DNA of 64,000 nucleotides from Leptospiraceae bacterium (GTDB lineage Bacteria > Spirochaetota > Leptospiria > Leptospirales > Leptonemataceae). The notes under the pieces are model-generated. The model made no database searches. It was given only the letters and a program-made list of their open reading frames with translations, and was not told the origin of the DNA. The stretch covers positions 192,001 through 256,000 of the forward strand of contig JAVJNR010000004.1 in assembly GCA_040217195.1 (NCBI GenBank), given 5' to 3'. The position numbers were made by a program, and so were the translations under genes. Positions 50,277 through 60,809 of the stretch are shown here, in pieces. Positions within the stretch are counted from its first letter, which is position 1. Every line of letters starts with the position of its first letter.

Positions 50277-50397
50277 GGAACTGCCTGGCCCGGTTTTCAG
50301 AGTGTCGGTGCAATACCAGATTAAATCATCGGCAAAACCGGTTCAGGTCCCTCTGGCCTGATTAATTCCAGTTGCCCTCCAAAATGGATACACCACC

Positions 50398-51279
50398 ATG
50401 GAGCTGATGAGCCTTCCGGGCAAAGATCTGGAATTTCCCGAACCAACCTCTATTCTGACGCAACGGCATGATCAGCTAGAAACGTCCTGGAAAGAGGGAC
50501 TTGGATGTCTCTCTGGAAACCAGAGAAAGGACTATCTGGAGCTGGTTCAGTCTACCACGCGCCGACTGGCGGATGGAAGCGGCCCGGGAGAATGGTTGTT
50601 CTACCAGCATTTTCTGCGAGGTGGCTGCCTGCAGGCTATGATACTGCATCATGGTAAGCCAGTGTACTATTTTGGCATTCCTTTAAAAGACTGGAAGTTC
50701 TGGGATGAAGCGGGCCCGTCCCCTGTTGAAGGCCTGGATTCAATTCGAGTCAACAGAAAGGAAATCAGCATTCAGGCAGTTGTGCCTTCCGGTAGCGCCC
50801 ATCTTATTCGGCATATGCTGGCCAGTGAATTGATGCCCGTGGCCACCCGTATCCTTAGATCCGATGCGGGCAGAAATCCTGAGAACTGGATCGATTCGGT
50901 AGAAGATCTTTCCATGTATTTGAGCAGTCGAATCAAAAGAGCCCTGGAAAAATCTCAACCAGTGACCATTTCGCATTTTCTTTTCCAGGACCTTACCCGC
51001 TATGTGGAAGAAGTGGGAGAATACTGGACACTTGAAATAATAGATGAGATTCGAAAAACGATTAAATCGAACTTAAAAAAGAGAGATACCCTGGTATCCC
51101 TGACTCCGGTTTCGCATCTTGTTCTTTCTACAGGGCCAACAGAGGAGCAGATTCACAAAAGGTTTCATCATATATATTTTGAGATTCGCAGCCTGATTCT
51201 GGACTATACTATATTTGCAGCCACCGTGGAAACACCGGATTACAGAATTGCCGATATTCTGGAGAAACTGAAACTTTGA
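50398..51279 (+). CDS. hypothetical protein with degenerate GGDEF-like C-terminus
   Basis: Hydrophobic spacing of FQDLTRYVEEVG...LKKRDTLVSL resembles the GGDEF fold; stop overlaps the argH start. Confidence 0.6.
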   Translation: MELMSLPGKDLEFPEPTSILTQRHDQLETSWKEGLGCLSGNQRKDYLELVQSTTRRLADGSGPGEWLFYQHFLRGGCLQAMILHHGKPVYYFGIPLKDWKFWDEAGPSPVEGLDSIRVNRKEISIQAVVPSGSAHLIRHMLASELMPVATRILRSDAGRNPENWIDSVEDLSMYLSSRIKRALEKSQPVTISHFLFQDLTRYVEEVGEYWTLEIIDEIRKTIKSNLKKRDTLVSLTPVSHLVLSTGPTEEQIHKRFHHIYFEIRSLILDYTIFAATVETPDYRIADILEKLKL

Positions 51280-52682
51280 AACATTCATCCAACGATAAGC
51301 TCTGGCAGGGACGGAGCTCCGGCGACGTTGCCGATATTACCGTAGAAATTGGTCAATCCATAGATCTGGATATTCAGCTCTATCGCGAAGACATTCAGGG
51401 ATCTCGGGCCCATGCCAGGATGCTTCAAAAAATTGGTATTCTGGATCAATCCGAGTTAGATCAAATACTGGAAGGACTGAGTACCGTTGAAGGGGAGATC
51501 GCAGCCAGACAGATGACTCTTCGCTGGGAGCTGGAAGACATTCATACACACGTTGAAAATCGTTTGATTGAATTGATTGGAGAGCCAGCCCGCAAGCTTC
51601 ATACGGCGCGATCCAGGAATGATCAGATAGCTGTAGATACACATCTCTATGTAAAAAAGAAATCCGCAGAGCTTCGCTTTGGAATTCTGGATTTGTGTCG
51701 CGACCTGCTTTCTCAGGCAGAGAAGAACATAGATATTACCATTCCTGCTTACACACATTTGCAGGTTGCACAGCCTGCTCGCCTGGCCCATCCATTAATG
51801 GCACATTTCTGGAGCTTCCTTCGCGATGCAGAGAGAATGCAATTTGCGCTGGAGCAATCGGATAGACTTCCACTGGGAAGCGGAGCCTGCCTGGGTGTTA
51901 ATTACGATACAGATCGGGAATTTCTGCAAAAGGAACTGAACTTTGGCTCCATGTATGAAAACTCCATGGATGCAGTGGCCAGTCGGGACCATATTTTGAA
52001 CTTTCTCTATGCAACAAGTATTTTTGCTGTACATGCCTCTCGCATTGCAGAGGAGATTATTCTCTGGTGCAGCGTAGAATTCTCCTTTCTCAAGCTTCCG
52101 GATTCAGTGACCACCGGTTCAAGCATCATGCCTCAGAAGAAGAATCCAGATCTTGCAGAACTCATTCGCGGCAAAGCCGGACGACTAAATGGAAATCTAA
52201 TCTCTCTAATGACATCAGTAAAAGGTCTTCCGCTGGCTTATAACAGAGACCTGCAGGAAGATAGGCACCCTCTTCTGGATTCTGCATATCAAACAGAGCT
52301 GATTCTGCGTGCACTTCGCGCAATGGTTCAGGGAATGGAATTCCAGGATCAGAATATGGCCAACTCTCTGGAGAAGGGATATGCTACGGCAACCGACCTG
52401 GCAGATGCACTGGTCTGGGAAAAGAAAGTCCCCTTTCGTGAGGCTCACCATGCTGTAGGAAAACTGGTTGCGCTGTGCGAACAGGACGGTGTTTCCTTAT
52501 CCAGTATTTCTGCCAGTCGTCGATCCCAGGCCCATCCTGCCTTTGCAGACGATACCTTCTATAATACGGCAGTGGATCCCACCACAAGTGCAGACCGAAA
52601 GCGCTCTCGTGGCGGCACAGCAAGGTTTCGAATTGAAGAGCAGTTGAAGCTTGCCCGTCAGCAGCTAGAAATCGCCGGCTAA
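51276..52682 (+). CDS. argH: argininosuccinate lyase
   Basis: KLWQGR, LHTARSRNDQ, YTHLQ, GSSIMPQKKNPD, AYNRDLQED. Confidence 0.97.
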   Translation: MKHSSNDKLWQGRSSGDVADITVEIGQSIDLDIQLYREDIQGSRAHARMLQKIGILDQSELDQILEGLSTVEGEIAARQMTLRWELEDIHTHVENRLIELIGEPARKLHTARSRNDQIAVDTHLYVKKKSAELRFGILDLCRDLLSQAEKNIDITIPAYTHLQVAQPARLAHPLMAHFWSFLRDAERMQFALEQSDRLPLGSGACLGVNYDTDREFLQKELNFGSMYENSMDAVASRDHILNFLYATSIFAVHASRIAEEIILWCSVEFSFLKLPDSVTTGSSIMPQKKNPDLAELIRGKAGRLNGNLISLMTSVKGLPLAYNRDLQEDRHPLLDSAYQTELILRALRAMVQGMEFQDQNMANSLEKGYATATDLADALVWEKKVPFREAHHAVGKLVALCEQDGVSLSSISASRRSQAHPAFADDTFYNTAVDPTTSADRKRSRGGTARFRIEEQLKLARQQLEIAG

Positions 52683-52764
52683 TCTCAGACAGCCCGGCCT
52701 TTTTGTCTCAGTATCTATCAATCATTATTCCTTTGATGCGTGCATGGACTTTAAAAGATGACGC

Positions 52765-53718
52765 ATGGCACAGGGAATATCCGCTGCAGCGCTGCTTGAA
52801 GGAGGCGCCACAGGAAACATCTACTTTGAAACCGTCCAATCCGGACTCCTGGCCGGATTTACTTTCCAGGAAATACTGTTCGAAGAAACAACGGAGTTCC
52901 AGCAAGCAACCCTGGTTCAGACCGAGGCTTTCGGAAAGACCCTATTTCTGGATGGAATCCTGAATTCAGCACAAGCCGATGAATACATCTATCATGAGGC
53001 TCTGGTGCACCCGGCCATGATTCGAGCCCGGAAGAGAAATCGAGTGCTGGTTGTGGGGGGCGCCGAGGGCGGAGTTTTACGAGAAGTCTTTAAATACGGG
53101 GACGTGGAAGAATGTGTGATGGTGGACATCGACGGAGACCTGGTGAAGCTTTGCCAGAAACATCTGAGCGATGTCTATGGGAATCCCTGGAAAGATAGCA
53201 GGCTTACTCTGCTGCATGAAGATGGGCGCGGGTATCTGGAGCAGTCCAGTGCCTTTGATGTAATCATTCTGGATTTAAATGAGGCCACTGAGGAAGGACC
53301 GGCCAGACTTCTGTTTACACGAGAATTCTATGCTCTGATTCGAAATAAGCTGAACCCCGGAGGAATGGTTTCCATGCAGAGCGAGTGGATCAATACCGGG
53401 TTTCATTTTGATCTCTGCAAAACCCAGAAATCATCTCTGGGGGATGTTGTTGTTCTGGAAGTTTCCGTGCCCAGTTTTCTATTACCGGAAGCGTTGAATC
53501 TAGCCTGCAAAGAAGGGATTGTTCCACAACCTGATCCCTCTGAGATTCTAGAAAAATTACAAAAACTAAATATCCAGACCAGGTTCTACAACGGAGATAT
53601 GGATCTAAAACTGCGAACTCTATCTCCCTCTCAATTAGAGGGTTACAAAGGTCCGGCCCGTATTTTTTCCGATAATGAGCCACCTCGATTTGAGGATTCG
53701 GAGGTTCAAAGTGGATGA
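52765..53718 (+). CDS. speE: polyamine aminopropyltransferase
   Basis: LFLDG, DEYIYHEALVHP, VVGGAEGG, MVDID, DGR, IILD. Confidence 0.88.
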   Translation: MAQGISAAALLEGGATGNIYFETVQSGLLAGFTFQEILFEETTEFQQATLVQTEAFGKTLFLDGILNSAQADEYIYHEALVHPAMIRARKRNRVLVVGGAEGGVLREVFKYGDVEECVMVDIDGDLVKLCQKHLSDVYGNPWKDSRLTLLHEDGRGYLEQSSAFDVIILDLNEATEEGPARLLFTREFYALIRNKLNPGGMVSMQSEWINTGFHFDLCKTQKSSLGDVVVLEVSVPSFLLPEALNLACKEGIVPQPDPSEILEKLQKLNIQTRFYNGDMDLKLRTLSPSQLEGYKGPARIFSDNEPPRFEDSEVQSG

Positions 53719-54319
53719 AAGTCTAGTCACTTCCTATAAGACAATTGCTGGCGAGCTGGCCATTTCGCTTACCGAAGATCAGCATAAGTACATACTTCGC
53801 CAGCTAGAGAATTTAAGAGACGATACCAGAGAAATCGATATTGAATTTCAGCGACATAAAGAAAGTAACCCGGCTCCGCCCAGGTTCTGGCTGGCCATAC
53901 TGCGAACGTTGAAATACCAGCTAAACCTAAGATCCAACCTGCTATACAGATACGATACCTTTGTTCAGGCCTATGAGAGCCTATCCCGAATGCCCGAACC
54001 ATCCCAGGACCAGCAACAGTTGCTGAAAGAGGTGGGAGACTATCTTTATCAGGTTGATGACCTGGCCGGGATTATTGAAAGATTACATGGCCGGCTTATT
54101 CCTGCATTGCGCGAAGCGATGGTGGAAACCCATGGAATGATGGTAGAGCCCGGAGAAAAACTTTATCATGGCAAAGCTTCGGACGATGCATTTGAAAAAA
54201 TCAGGACAGATCTGGAAGAAATGATCAGTACATGCTATCAGCTCAAGGATCAAAGCAGAATTGAAAGCGGACTATTGAGAATGATTCGATTGATCCTGAG
54301 TAGTGGTGATAAAGACTGA
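53711..54319 (+). CDS. hypothetical alpha-helical protein
   Basis: GTG 53711 after GGAGG, overlapping the speE stop. Confidence 0.65.
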   Translation: MDESLVTSYKTIAGELAISLTEDQHKYILRQLENLRDDTREIDIEFQRHKESNPAPPRFWLAILRTLKYQLNLRSNLLYRYDTFVQAYESLSRMPEPSQDQQQLLKEVGDYLYQVDDLAGIIERLHGRLIPALREAMVETHGMMVEPGEKLYHGKASDDAFEKIRTDLEEMISTCYQLKDQSRIESGLLRMIRLILSSGDKD

Positions 54320-54414
54320 TTGATTATACTTTCCAGAAGGCCGATCAATGCTTGAGAGGAATGCTAAAAGGCCCAACCAGAAGATTTCAGAGGCTGGAGA
54401 ATGAATGTAATAAA

Positions 54415-54463
54415 CAGGGAGCTGCCCGCGGACCTTTATAGAAAAAGGTCCGGGCAGTTCCTG
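54415..54463. terminator. long hairpin between convergent genes
   Basis: CAGGGAGCTGCCC..GGACCTTT-loop-AAAGGTCC-GGGCAGTTCCTG; no clear U tract. Confidence 0.5.
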
Positions 54464-54489
54464 CGCAGTGTATCTGTGAACGTTATCGA

Positions 54490-55869
54490 CTAGCCATTGT
54501 CTACTTTTTCAGTAGGTCGCTTCTCTTCAAAATCCCGCTTTCTGGGCCTTCGACCAGTGAAAGTTGTAACGATCTTATTGGGCTCCGGAGGTCGAGCCCG
54601 GGGCCCAATCTCCCAGAACATAGCCTTCTGAATGGCTTCATCGTCTTGCTGCGAAATAGCATAGATCTTGAATACAGAAAACGCTTCGAAGAAGAATACC
54701 TTCTTTTTGAATACTTCCGGGCGATCCTTACCCTTCCTGCCTTTTCGATGAAATCTGGGTTGCGCAATAAAGATCTGAATCAGTCTATCCCGGTCCTTGC
54801 CGGAGATCTGTGCTCTTTTACAGAATTCATGTATGCCTGAACGCACATACTCGGCCAGATGTATGTCTTTTTTCCAGGCGCCTGAAAGAAAGACATCGGG
54901 CACCATATCGCATAGAAAAAGTGCCAGATACACGTTGATCGTCAATTCTTCCCTTTCAGACAGCATTCGATCCGCGACAGAAAGACGCTGACCGGCGGGC
55001 AATTCGCGAAAATCGGACTCACCCAGTTTCCCTTTCTTACGCGTGGCTTCCATGGCTTCTGGAAACATGGCATCCAGAAGACCAGTATCGTACAGAGAAG
55101 AAAAAATATCCAGGGCCCTTCCGGTGCGAAAAATCTTGGAATACTCTTCCAGAAGACGATTCTGATTCGCTTTCAGAATCTCCTCTCGATTTTTGCGTAT
55201 CGCTTTGAAGCAGGTGTTATCCATCTTCATTTCCAGAAGAGCAGCAAACTTGGCTGCCCGGAGCATTCGCACCGGATCCTCCTGAAAACTTACATCCGGA
55301 TCGCCGATCACACTTAGAGTCTTGCTCTGAAGATCTTCGAACCCACCTACATAATCTATGATGCTTTCATTTCGAGGATCAAAGAAGAGAGCATTCATTG
55401 TGAAATCGCGCCTGGCAGCATCTTCCGGAGGCGTTCCGAATTCATTGTCTCTTTTGATCAGATAGTCCTTCCCCTTTTCCGGTGACTTGAATCGATGCTC
55501 GGGTACGCTGCGAAAGGTAGAAACTTCAATGACTTTTCCACCGCGAAACATTATATGAACGATTTTGAATCGCCTTCCAATGCTTCTAGAATTGCTAAAC
55601 AGCTTGCGAATTTGAGCCGGCGTGGCCGTAGTAACTACGTCAAAGTCCTTGGGCTTCTTCCCCAGTAGAACGTCCCGTACGCATCCCCCTACTAAATAGG
55701 AGCGATGACCGTATCGGTTCAATCGATTGATGACTTTGAGAGCATCTTGATCCATGTTCTCCCGGCGGAGAGGATGGAATTCCTTATAGATGCGCTTTCC
55801 ATCCGGGTATCGGAGCACCCGGGCCAGCCCGCGGCGAGGCCTAAAGAAGCGCAGAATCTTATGGATCAT
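54490..55869 (-). CDS. pcnB: poly(A) polymerase
   Basis: LVGGCVRD, KDFD, IGRRFKIVHI, RRDFTMN, EDPVRMLRA. Confidence 0.9.
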   Translation of the reverse strand: MIHKILRFFRPRRGLARVLRYPDGKRIYKEFHPLRRENMDQDALKVINRLNRYGHRSYLVGGCVRDVLLGKKPKDFDVVTTATPAQIRKLFSNSRSIGRRFKIVHIMFRGGKVIEVSTFRSVPEHRFKSPEKGKDYLIKRDNEFGTPPEDAARRDFTMNALFFDPRNESIIDYVGGFEDLQSKTLSVIGDPDVSFQEDPVRMLRAAKFAALLEMKMDNTCFKAIRKNREEILKANQNRLLEEYSKIFRTGRALDIFSSLYDTGLLDAMFPEAMEATRKKGKLGESDFRELPAGQRLSVADRMLSEREELTINVYLALFLCDMVPDVFLSGAWKKDIHLAEYVRSGIHEFCKRAQISGKDRDRLIQIFIAQPRFHRKGRKGKDRPEVFKKKVFFFEAFSVFKIYAISQQDDEAIQKAMFWEIGPRARPPEPNKIVTTFTGRRPRKRDFEEKRPTEKVDNG

Positions 55870-55966
55870 TTCAAATGAACCATCATGAAAATAGCCGATA
55901 GAATCAAGTAAATTCCATCATGGTTTTTTGCTCGCAGGTAGGGCTGCCAGCTAGAGAAACGTGTGT

Positions 55967-56932
55967 ATGCGGGAAAAATTCCGGAAATTTCTGCAAAATC
56001 ACCTGCATCTGTGGAACCGCCGCCGGGAGAAGGCATGGGCCGGTCTTTCCATACTGGTTTTCCCGGAGATGTCCAGCGCCCCGCCCCGCCGAATCCGAAT
56101 TAACTATTATATCCTATTTTTCGTGGTAGCATTGATTGTGGCAGTGATTCTTTCCGGAGCTTTTCTCTGGCTGGGCCGTCAATTTGAAACCGTTCAATCT
56201 GTTTCCAGCATAGAACGCCGAAAGGTGATGCTATCCAATTTTCATGTGCTGCTGAATGAGAAAAGAGTCCTTTTGAACCGAAGCCGGGAACAAATCGAAG
56301 CCTTCCGAGATCTATCCTGGAAGGATGCTCGGGATCTGGAAAACTACATTGAAAGCCAGATTACCCCTCAAAGCGTACAGGATGTGACTCCTGCCAGCCG
56401 CCTGGAGCAGGATTTAAATACACTTCGGTCATTGAGTCAGGAATCGGAGGTAGTTCTGGGTACGGCTGCCCACCATGGACTGCATATGATCTGGAACCGA
56501 GCCTATCTGAACTGGATTATTCCTCGGGGTCGACCCATGATGCCCGGAGTGGGCTCCATTTCCTCCGGTTATGGCGGCCGAAAGGATCCGTTTGGAAGAT
56601 CCACAGAGGGGGATTTTCATACCGGAGTGGACTTTGCTGCAGCTCCTGGAACTCCCATAATCGCTACAGCACCTGGAATGGTCATGCAAACTGTGGGAGA
56701 AAGTCGCTCTGGTTACGGAATCTATGTACGGGTGCACCATGGATTCGGCATCTCCACTCTATATGCTCACTGCTCTGAGCTTGCTGTGGAAGAAGGACAG
56801 AGAGTGGATCGAGGAGATGTGATTGCCTACGTTGGCGCCACTGGCTCGGCCACGGGTCACCATCTTCATTATGAAGTACGCTTTGGCTCCAATCGGGGCC
56901 GAAATCCGGCTCCGTTTATTAGTTTGAAATAG
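55967..56932 (+). CDS. M23 family metallopeptidase
   Basis: N-terminal TM and coiled coil; HTGVD, YAH, GSATGHHLHYEV. Confidence 0.92.
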   Translation: MREKFRKFLQNHLHLWNRRREKAWAGLSILVFPEMSSAPPRRIRINYYILFFVVALIVAVILSGAFLWLGRQFETVQSVSSIERRKVMLSNFHVLLNEKRVLLNRSREQIEAFRDLSWKDARDLENYIESQITPQSVQDVTPASRLEQDLNTLRSLSQESEVVLGTAAHHGLHMIWNRAYLNWIIPRGRPMMPGVGSISSGYGGRKDPFGRSTEGDFHTGVDFAAAPGTPIIATAPGMVMQTVGESRSGYGIYVRVHHGFGISTLYAHCSELAVEEGQRVDRGDVIAYVGATGSATGHHLHYEVRFGSNRGRNPAPFISLK

Positions 56933-57260
56933 AGTCAGGGATTCTGCATGGCCCCCGGGTATTTGAAATAACTCCTGAGCCTAATCAATGGCCTGAACCT
57001 TCCTCCCTACCACTTGCCCAAAAAGTAGATCTATTGTACATCTCGGTTGCCTGTTCGTGGCGCATTCAAATCTACCTGTCCGCGATGGGTGTCTTAAAGC
57101 TATCGAACCTGCCGGAAAATTGAATCTTCCCGACTTTAAGGACTCGATTTTGTAGCCCTGCCCGCTCAGTAGAAACAGGGCCGCAAGAATAGGAAACTGT
57201 CCGAGTTGCGAAAAGAAAATCTGTGCGAAACTCGGTTCAGTGTTCAGAAGTCATCAGGTC

Positions 57261-57410
57261 TTCTGTTCGCGACGGCATTTACGGGCTACGGCGTCTCTCC
57301 AGGCTCCGTCTCTAATTCTCTACGGCATCTGCGGACCACAGCGTCTCTCCAGGCTCCGTCGCTTTTTCGCGAAGGCATTTGCATGCCACAGTATTCTTCC
57401 AGGCTAGGCG
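57261..57410. repeat. three-copy degenerate 50-bp tandem repeat
   Basis: Units start at 57261, 57311, 57361; GCGTCTCTCCAGGCTCCGTC identical in units 1 and 2; GGCAT and TCCAGGCT in register in all three. Confidence 0.85.
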
Positions 57411-59569
57411 GTTTGTTCGGAAGCGCTTTCCTCAAAATCACAGCTGCTGCAAGCCACGTATTTTCCTTTTTCGCGACTGGATTTTTCAAGAAGCAGTTTG
57501 CCGCAACTGGGGCAGAGCCTTCCTTCCACCGGTCGATCCCAGGAGCTGAACTCGCAGTCTGGATAGTTGGTACATCCGTAGAAGGCCCGACCTCTCTTGG
57601 TAGCTCTCTGTATTACTTCACCATTTTCGCAGGATGGACAGGGGCCCAGCGGAATGGCCCGGGCATTCTTGCATTCAGGAAAACCGGGACAGGCAAGAAA
57701 GTATCCGTTTCGCCCAATCTTTTTCACCATATTGCGTCCGCATTTTTCGCAGATCAGATCGGTAGGTTCATCCAGGACGTTTCGCATCTCCTCGATATTT
57801 TCCTGAGCATCCTGGATAGTCTTGGAAAAGGGTTGATAGAACTCTTCCAGCATGGATGTCCACTGAAGATCGGAATTCGCAACCTTGTCCAGATCATCTT
57901 CCATCTTTGCTGTAAATTCAGTGTTTACCATTCGAGGAAAATGATTAACCATTAAATCGTTCACCAGTTTTCCAAGATCCGTGGGCTTAAGCGCTTTTTG
58001 AATTCTGGTTACATAGAATCGCTTTAGCAATGTTTGAATGGTAGGTGCATAAGTGGACGGCCGACCCACTCCGCTTTCTTCCAGAGTCTTGACCATTGAT
58101 GCGTCGTTGAACCTGGGAGGTGGCTGGGTGAAATGCTGCTCGGGCAGGACTTTGAGTAGCTTGAGCAAATCCCCTTCTTCCAGCTCAGGCAACTTGTTGT
58201 CTTTGTCCTTTTTCTTCTTCGCTTCTTCGGGAGAAAACACAGCAGAAAATCCTGCAAATTTAACAATCCGGCCATTGGCACGAAAGCCGTACTTCCCGGC
58301 ATCGATATCCACCGAAGTGTGGTCGGCGATTTCATCGGCCATTTGCGAAGAAACAAATTTCTGCCAGATTAGCTGGTACAGACGAAATTGATCCCTGGAT
58401 AGAATGCTTTGAATAGACTCAGGCGTACGGGTAGGATCCGTGGGGCGAATTGCTTCGTGCGCATCCTGAGCGGATTTATTGGATTTGTACTGCCGAATAT
58501 CCTGTGAAAGATACTCATTGCCATGTTTTTCTTTGATGTAACCGCGAACCTGTTCGGCTGCAGTGGGATTGATTCTGGTAGAGTCCGTTCTCATATAGGT
58601 AATGAGGCCGGTAACCACTCCATTGGCCAATTCCAGACCTTCATAGAGCTGCTGTGCAACCATCATCGTCTTCTGAGACGTAAAGCCAAGCTTGTTGGCA
58701 GCATCCTGCTGCAGTCTGGAGGTGGTGTAAGGTGCAGTGGGCTGTCGCTTTCTTTCTCTGCGAGTGATGGATCGAACCTTGAATTCCAGAGTTTGCATCT
58801 GGTCTTCCATTCCGGCAATGTCAGCTTCCGTTTTTAGATCTACCTTTTCGCCATTAATTGTGTTCAAAGCGGCTGGAAAGGTAGTTTTGTTTTTCTGAAG
58901 CTTAACATCTACGGTCCAATATTCCCGGGGCACAAAAGCATCGATTTCCTTTTCTCGATCGCAAATCAATCGTAGCGCAATGGATTGCACACGACCTGCC
59001 GAAAGCCCTCTCTTGATTTTCTTCCAGAGTATGGGAGATAGGCTGTAACCTACAAGCCGGTCCAGAATCCTCCGCGCCTGCTGAGCATTGACCAGGTTTT
59101 CATCGATTTCCCGTGGACTTGCGATGGCATCCTTCACTGCCTGGGGAGTAATCTCATTAAACTCCACTCGGCGGATGTTAGCGTTTCGGGGACTGAGGGC
59201 CCTCTTTAAATGCCAGGAGATGGCCTCGCCTTCTCGGTCCGGGTCAGGAGCAAGCAGCACTTCTTTGGACACTTCTGCCAGCTTCTTCAACCGGTTCAGT
59301 ATAGGCGCTCTACCTCTTACCGTAATATATTCCGGTTCAAAATGGTTTTGAATATCCACTGCCATCCGGGATTTGGGCAAATCGATGATGTGTCCCATGG
59401 ATGCTTCTATAACGAAGTCATTTCCCAGATATTTGTGAATGGTTCGAGCCTTGGCCGGAGACTCCACGATTACAAGGGTCTTACCTCTGGCAGATCTTGC
59501 AGTTCGCTTCTTGGCCGCGCCGGCCGTTTTCTTGGATGATTTCTTGGATGCTTTTTTCGCTGTTGCCAT
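57404..59569 (-). CDS. topA: DNA topoisomerase I
   Basis: LVIVESPAKA, DPDREGE, SAGRVQS, ITYMRTDS, AHEAIRPT, GRPSTY; C-terminal zinc ribbons. Confidence 0.98.
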   Translation of the reverse strand: MATAKKASKKSSKKTAGAAKKRTARSARGKTLVIVESPAKARTIHKYLGNDFVIEASMGHIIDLPKSRMAVDIQNHFEPEYITVRGRAPILNRLKKLAEVSKEVLLAPDPDREGEAISWHLKRALSPRNANIRRVEFNEITPQAVKDAIASPREIDENLVNAQQARRILDRLVGYSLSPILWKKIKRGLSAGRVQSIALRLICDREKEIDAFVPREYWTVDVKLQKNKTTFPAALNTINGEKVDLKTEADIAGMEDQMQTLEFKVRSITRRERKRQPTAPYTTSRLQQDAANKLGFTSQKTMMVAQQLYEGLELANGVVTGLITYMRTDSTRINPTAAEQVRGYIKEKHGNEYLSQDIRQYKSNKSAQDAHEAIRPTDPTRTPESIQSILSRDQFRLYQLIWQKFVSSQMADEIADHTSVDIDAGKYGFRANGRIVKFAGFSAVFSPEEAKKKKDKDNKLPELEEGDLLKLLKVLPEQHFTQPPPRFNDASMVKTLEESGVGRPSTYAPTIQTLLKRFYVTRIQKALKPTDLGKLVNDLMVNHFPRMVNTEFTAKMEDDLDKVANSDLQWTSMLEEFYQPFSKTIQDAQENIEEMRNVLDEPTDLICEKCGRNMVKKIGRNGYFLACPGFPECKNARAIPLGPCPSCENGEVIQRATKRGRAFYGCTNYPDCEFSSWDRPVEGRLCPSCGKLLLEKSSREKGKYVACSSCDFEESASEQTA

Positions 59570-59702
59570 ATATTTTAGTTTCTTCTATATAATACGAAAT
59601 TCGACACCTGCCTCCAGGAAAAAAGCAAAATTTGATTCCGATCAGGAAGGCTTTTTGCTGGCTCATCAGCCTGGCCCTCCAGAAAGTCCATTGGTTGCAA
59701 AA

Positions 59703-60809
59703 CTAATCCTCGTAAAAGAGCCATCCCTGCCCCAGGGAACGAAGCTTACCCTCACTGTAAGACTTTCGTAGCCAGATCTCATATTCAGTATTTACCGGAC
59801 CGCTTGGCCGCGTATGGAGATTTCTTTCTGGCAAGATTTCCATCAGAGAATTCATATCCATGGCTCCCTGTTGCAGCAAATCTCGGCCTCCTTCGTTGGC
59901 TCCAGGCTTTTGAAGCAATGGATGATCAAAAACAAGTAGATCACGCCCCTCTTCAAGGGCAAAAGCTGCGCTAATCAGGGCTCCACTTTTCTTCGGAGCC
60001 TGCATTAATGCGATGGTACCGGCCAGTCCAGCTATGATTCGATTTCTTCTAGGAAAATGATAACTCCTGGCCGGAGTATTCGGCAAGAACTCGCTCAACA
60101 GATAGATTTGTCCAGCACCAGGTCTTTTCCAGATAGGGGAATTTTCCGCGGGCCCTGGTCGAAGGACGCCTGCTCCCAGTACAGCCATGGTTAGCCCACC
60201 CATAGCAAGCGCCGACCGATGCGCTACAGCATCAATCCCCAGGGCCAGTCCAGAAACAATGTTCGAGCTCTGGCCGGCCCATTTCACGAATCGTTCTGTG
60301 GCAATCACGGATACCGGTTCAGGATTTCTAGTTCCTATCACGGCAATTGCATTTCTTTGCCAGGGAATCGCAGCAGAACTAACCAGGTTCATTGCTTGAG
60401 AATTTGCATTCCTGGAATTGGCTTCAACGGGGTACTTATCTTGCGAAGGGCCATTCGATCTGTCTGGATGGGAATTAACCGAATGGATTTTTTCAGGATA
60501 ACGAACCCAGATTACACCCGGCGGATCAAAGATATGCAACAATGTGGAAGGATAGCTTGCTTCCGTTACGAAATGAACAGAAATATAGGCAGACCACGTT
60601 TTAAAGTCTGGATCCTGCAGCAATTCACGAAAAGCTTCCAGGCCATTTCGGATTCTGTGAATGCCAAATATTCGCTCCAGATGCTGTGACCATCGCTCCA
60701 GGTTGGATCCCAGACTCCTAAAGCCCCCTCTTTGAAAAAAGCTTCTTCGATAGGGCAATGAAGATACAATGCAGGCCAGTTCCAGACGAAACTGTCTGTC
60801 AGGTGACAT
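59703..60809 (-). CDS. dprA: DNA-processing protein DprA
   Basis: AVIGTR, IVSGLALGID, FPRRNRIIAGL, SGALI; upstream of topA as is common. Confidence 0.92.
   Translation of the reverse strand: MSPDRQFRLELACIVSSLPYRRSFFQRGGFRSLGSNLERWSQHLERIFGIHRIRNGLEAFRELLQDPDFKTWSAYISVHFVTEASYPSTLLHIFDPPGVIWVRYPEKIHSVNSHPDRSNGPSQDKYPVEANSRNANSQAMNLVSSAAIPWQRNAIAVIGTRNPEPVSVIATERFVKWAGQSSNIVSGLALGIDAVAHRSALAMGGLTMAVLGAGVLRPGPAENSPIWKRPGAGQIYLLSEFLPNTPARSYHFPRRNRIIAGLAGTIALMQAPKKSGALISAAFALEEGRDLLVFDHPLLQKPGANEGGRDLLQQGAMDMNSLMEILPERNLHTRPSGPVNTEYEIWLRKSYSEGKLRSLGQGWLFYED

Noticed and set aside
57261..57410. CRISPR mini-array
   Set aside because: Core is only 20 bp, the intervening sequences are homologous to each other, and there are no cas genes.
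57206..57955. 249-aa plus-strand ORF
   Set aside because: Mostly antisense to topA and crosses the 50-bp repeat; no motifs.
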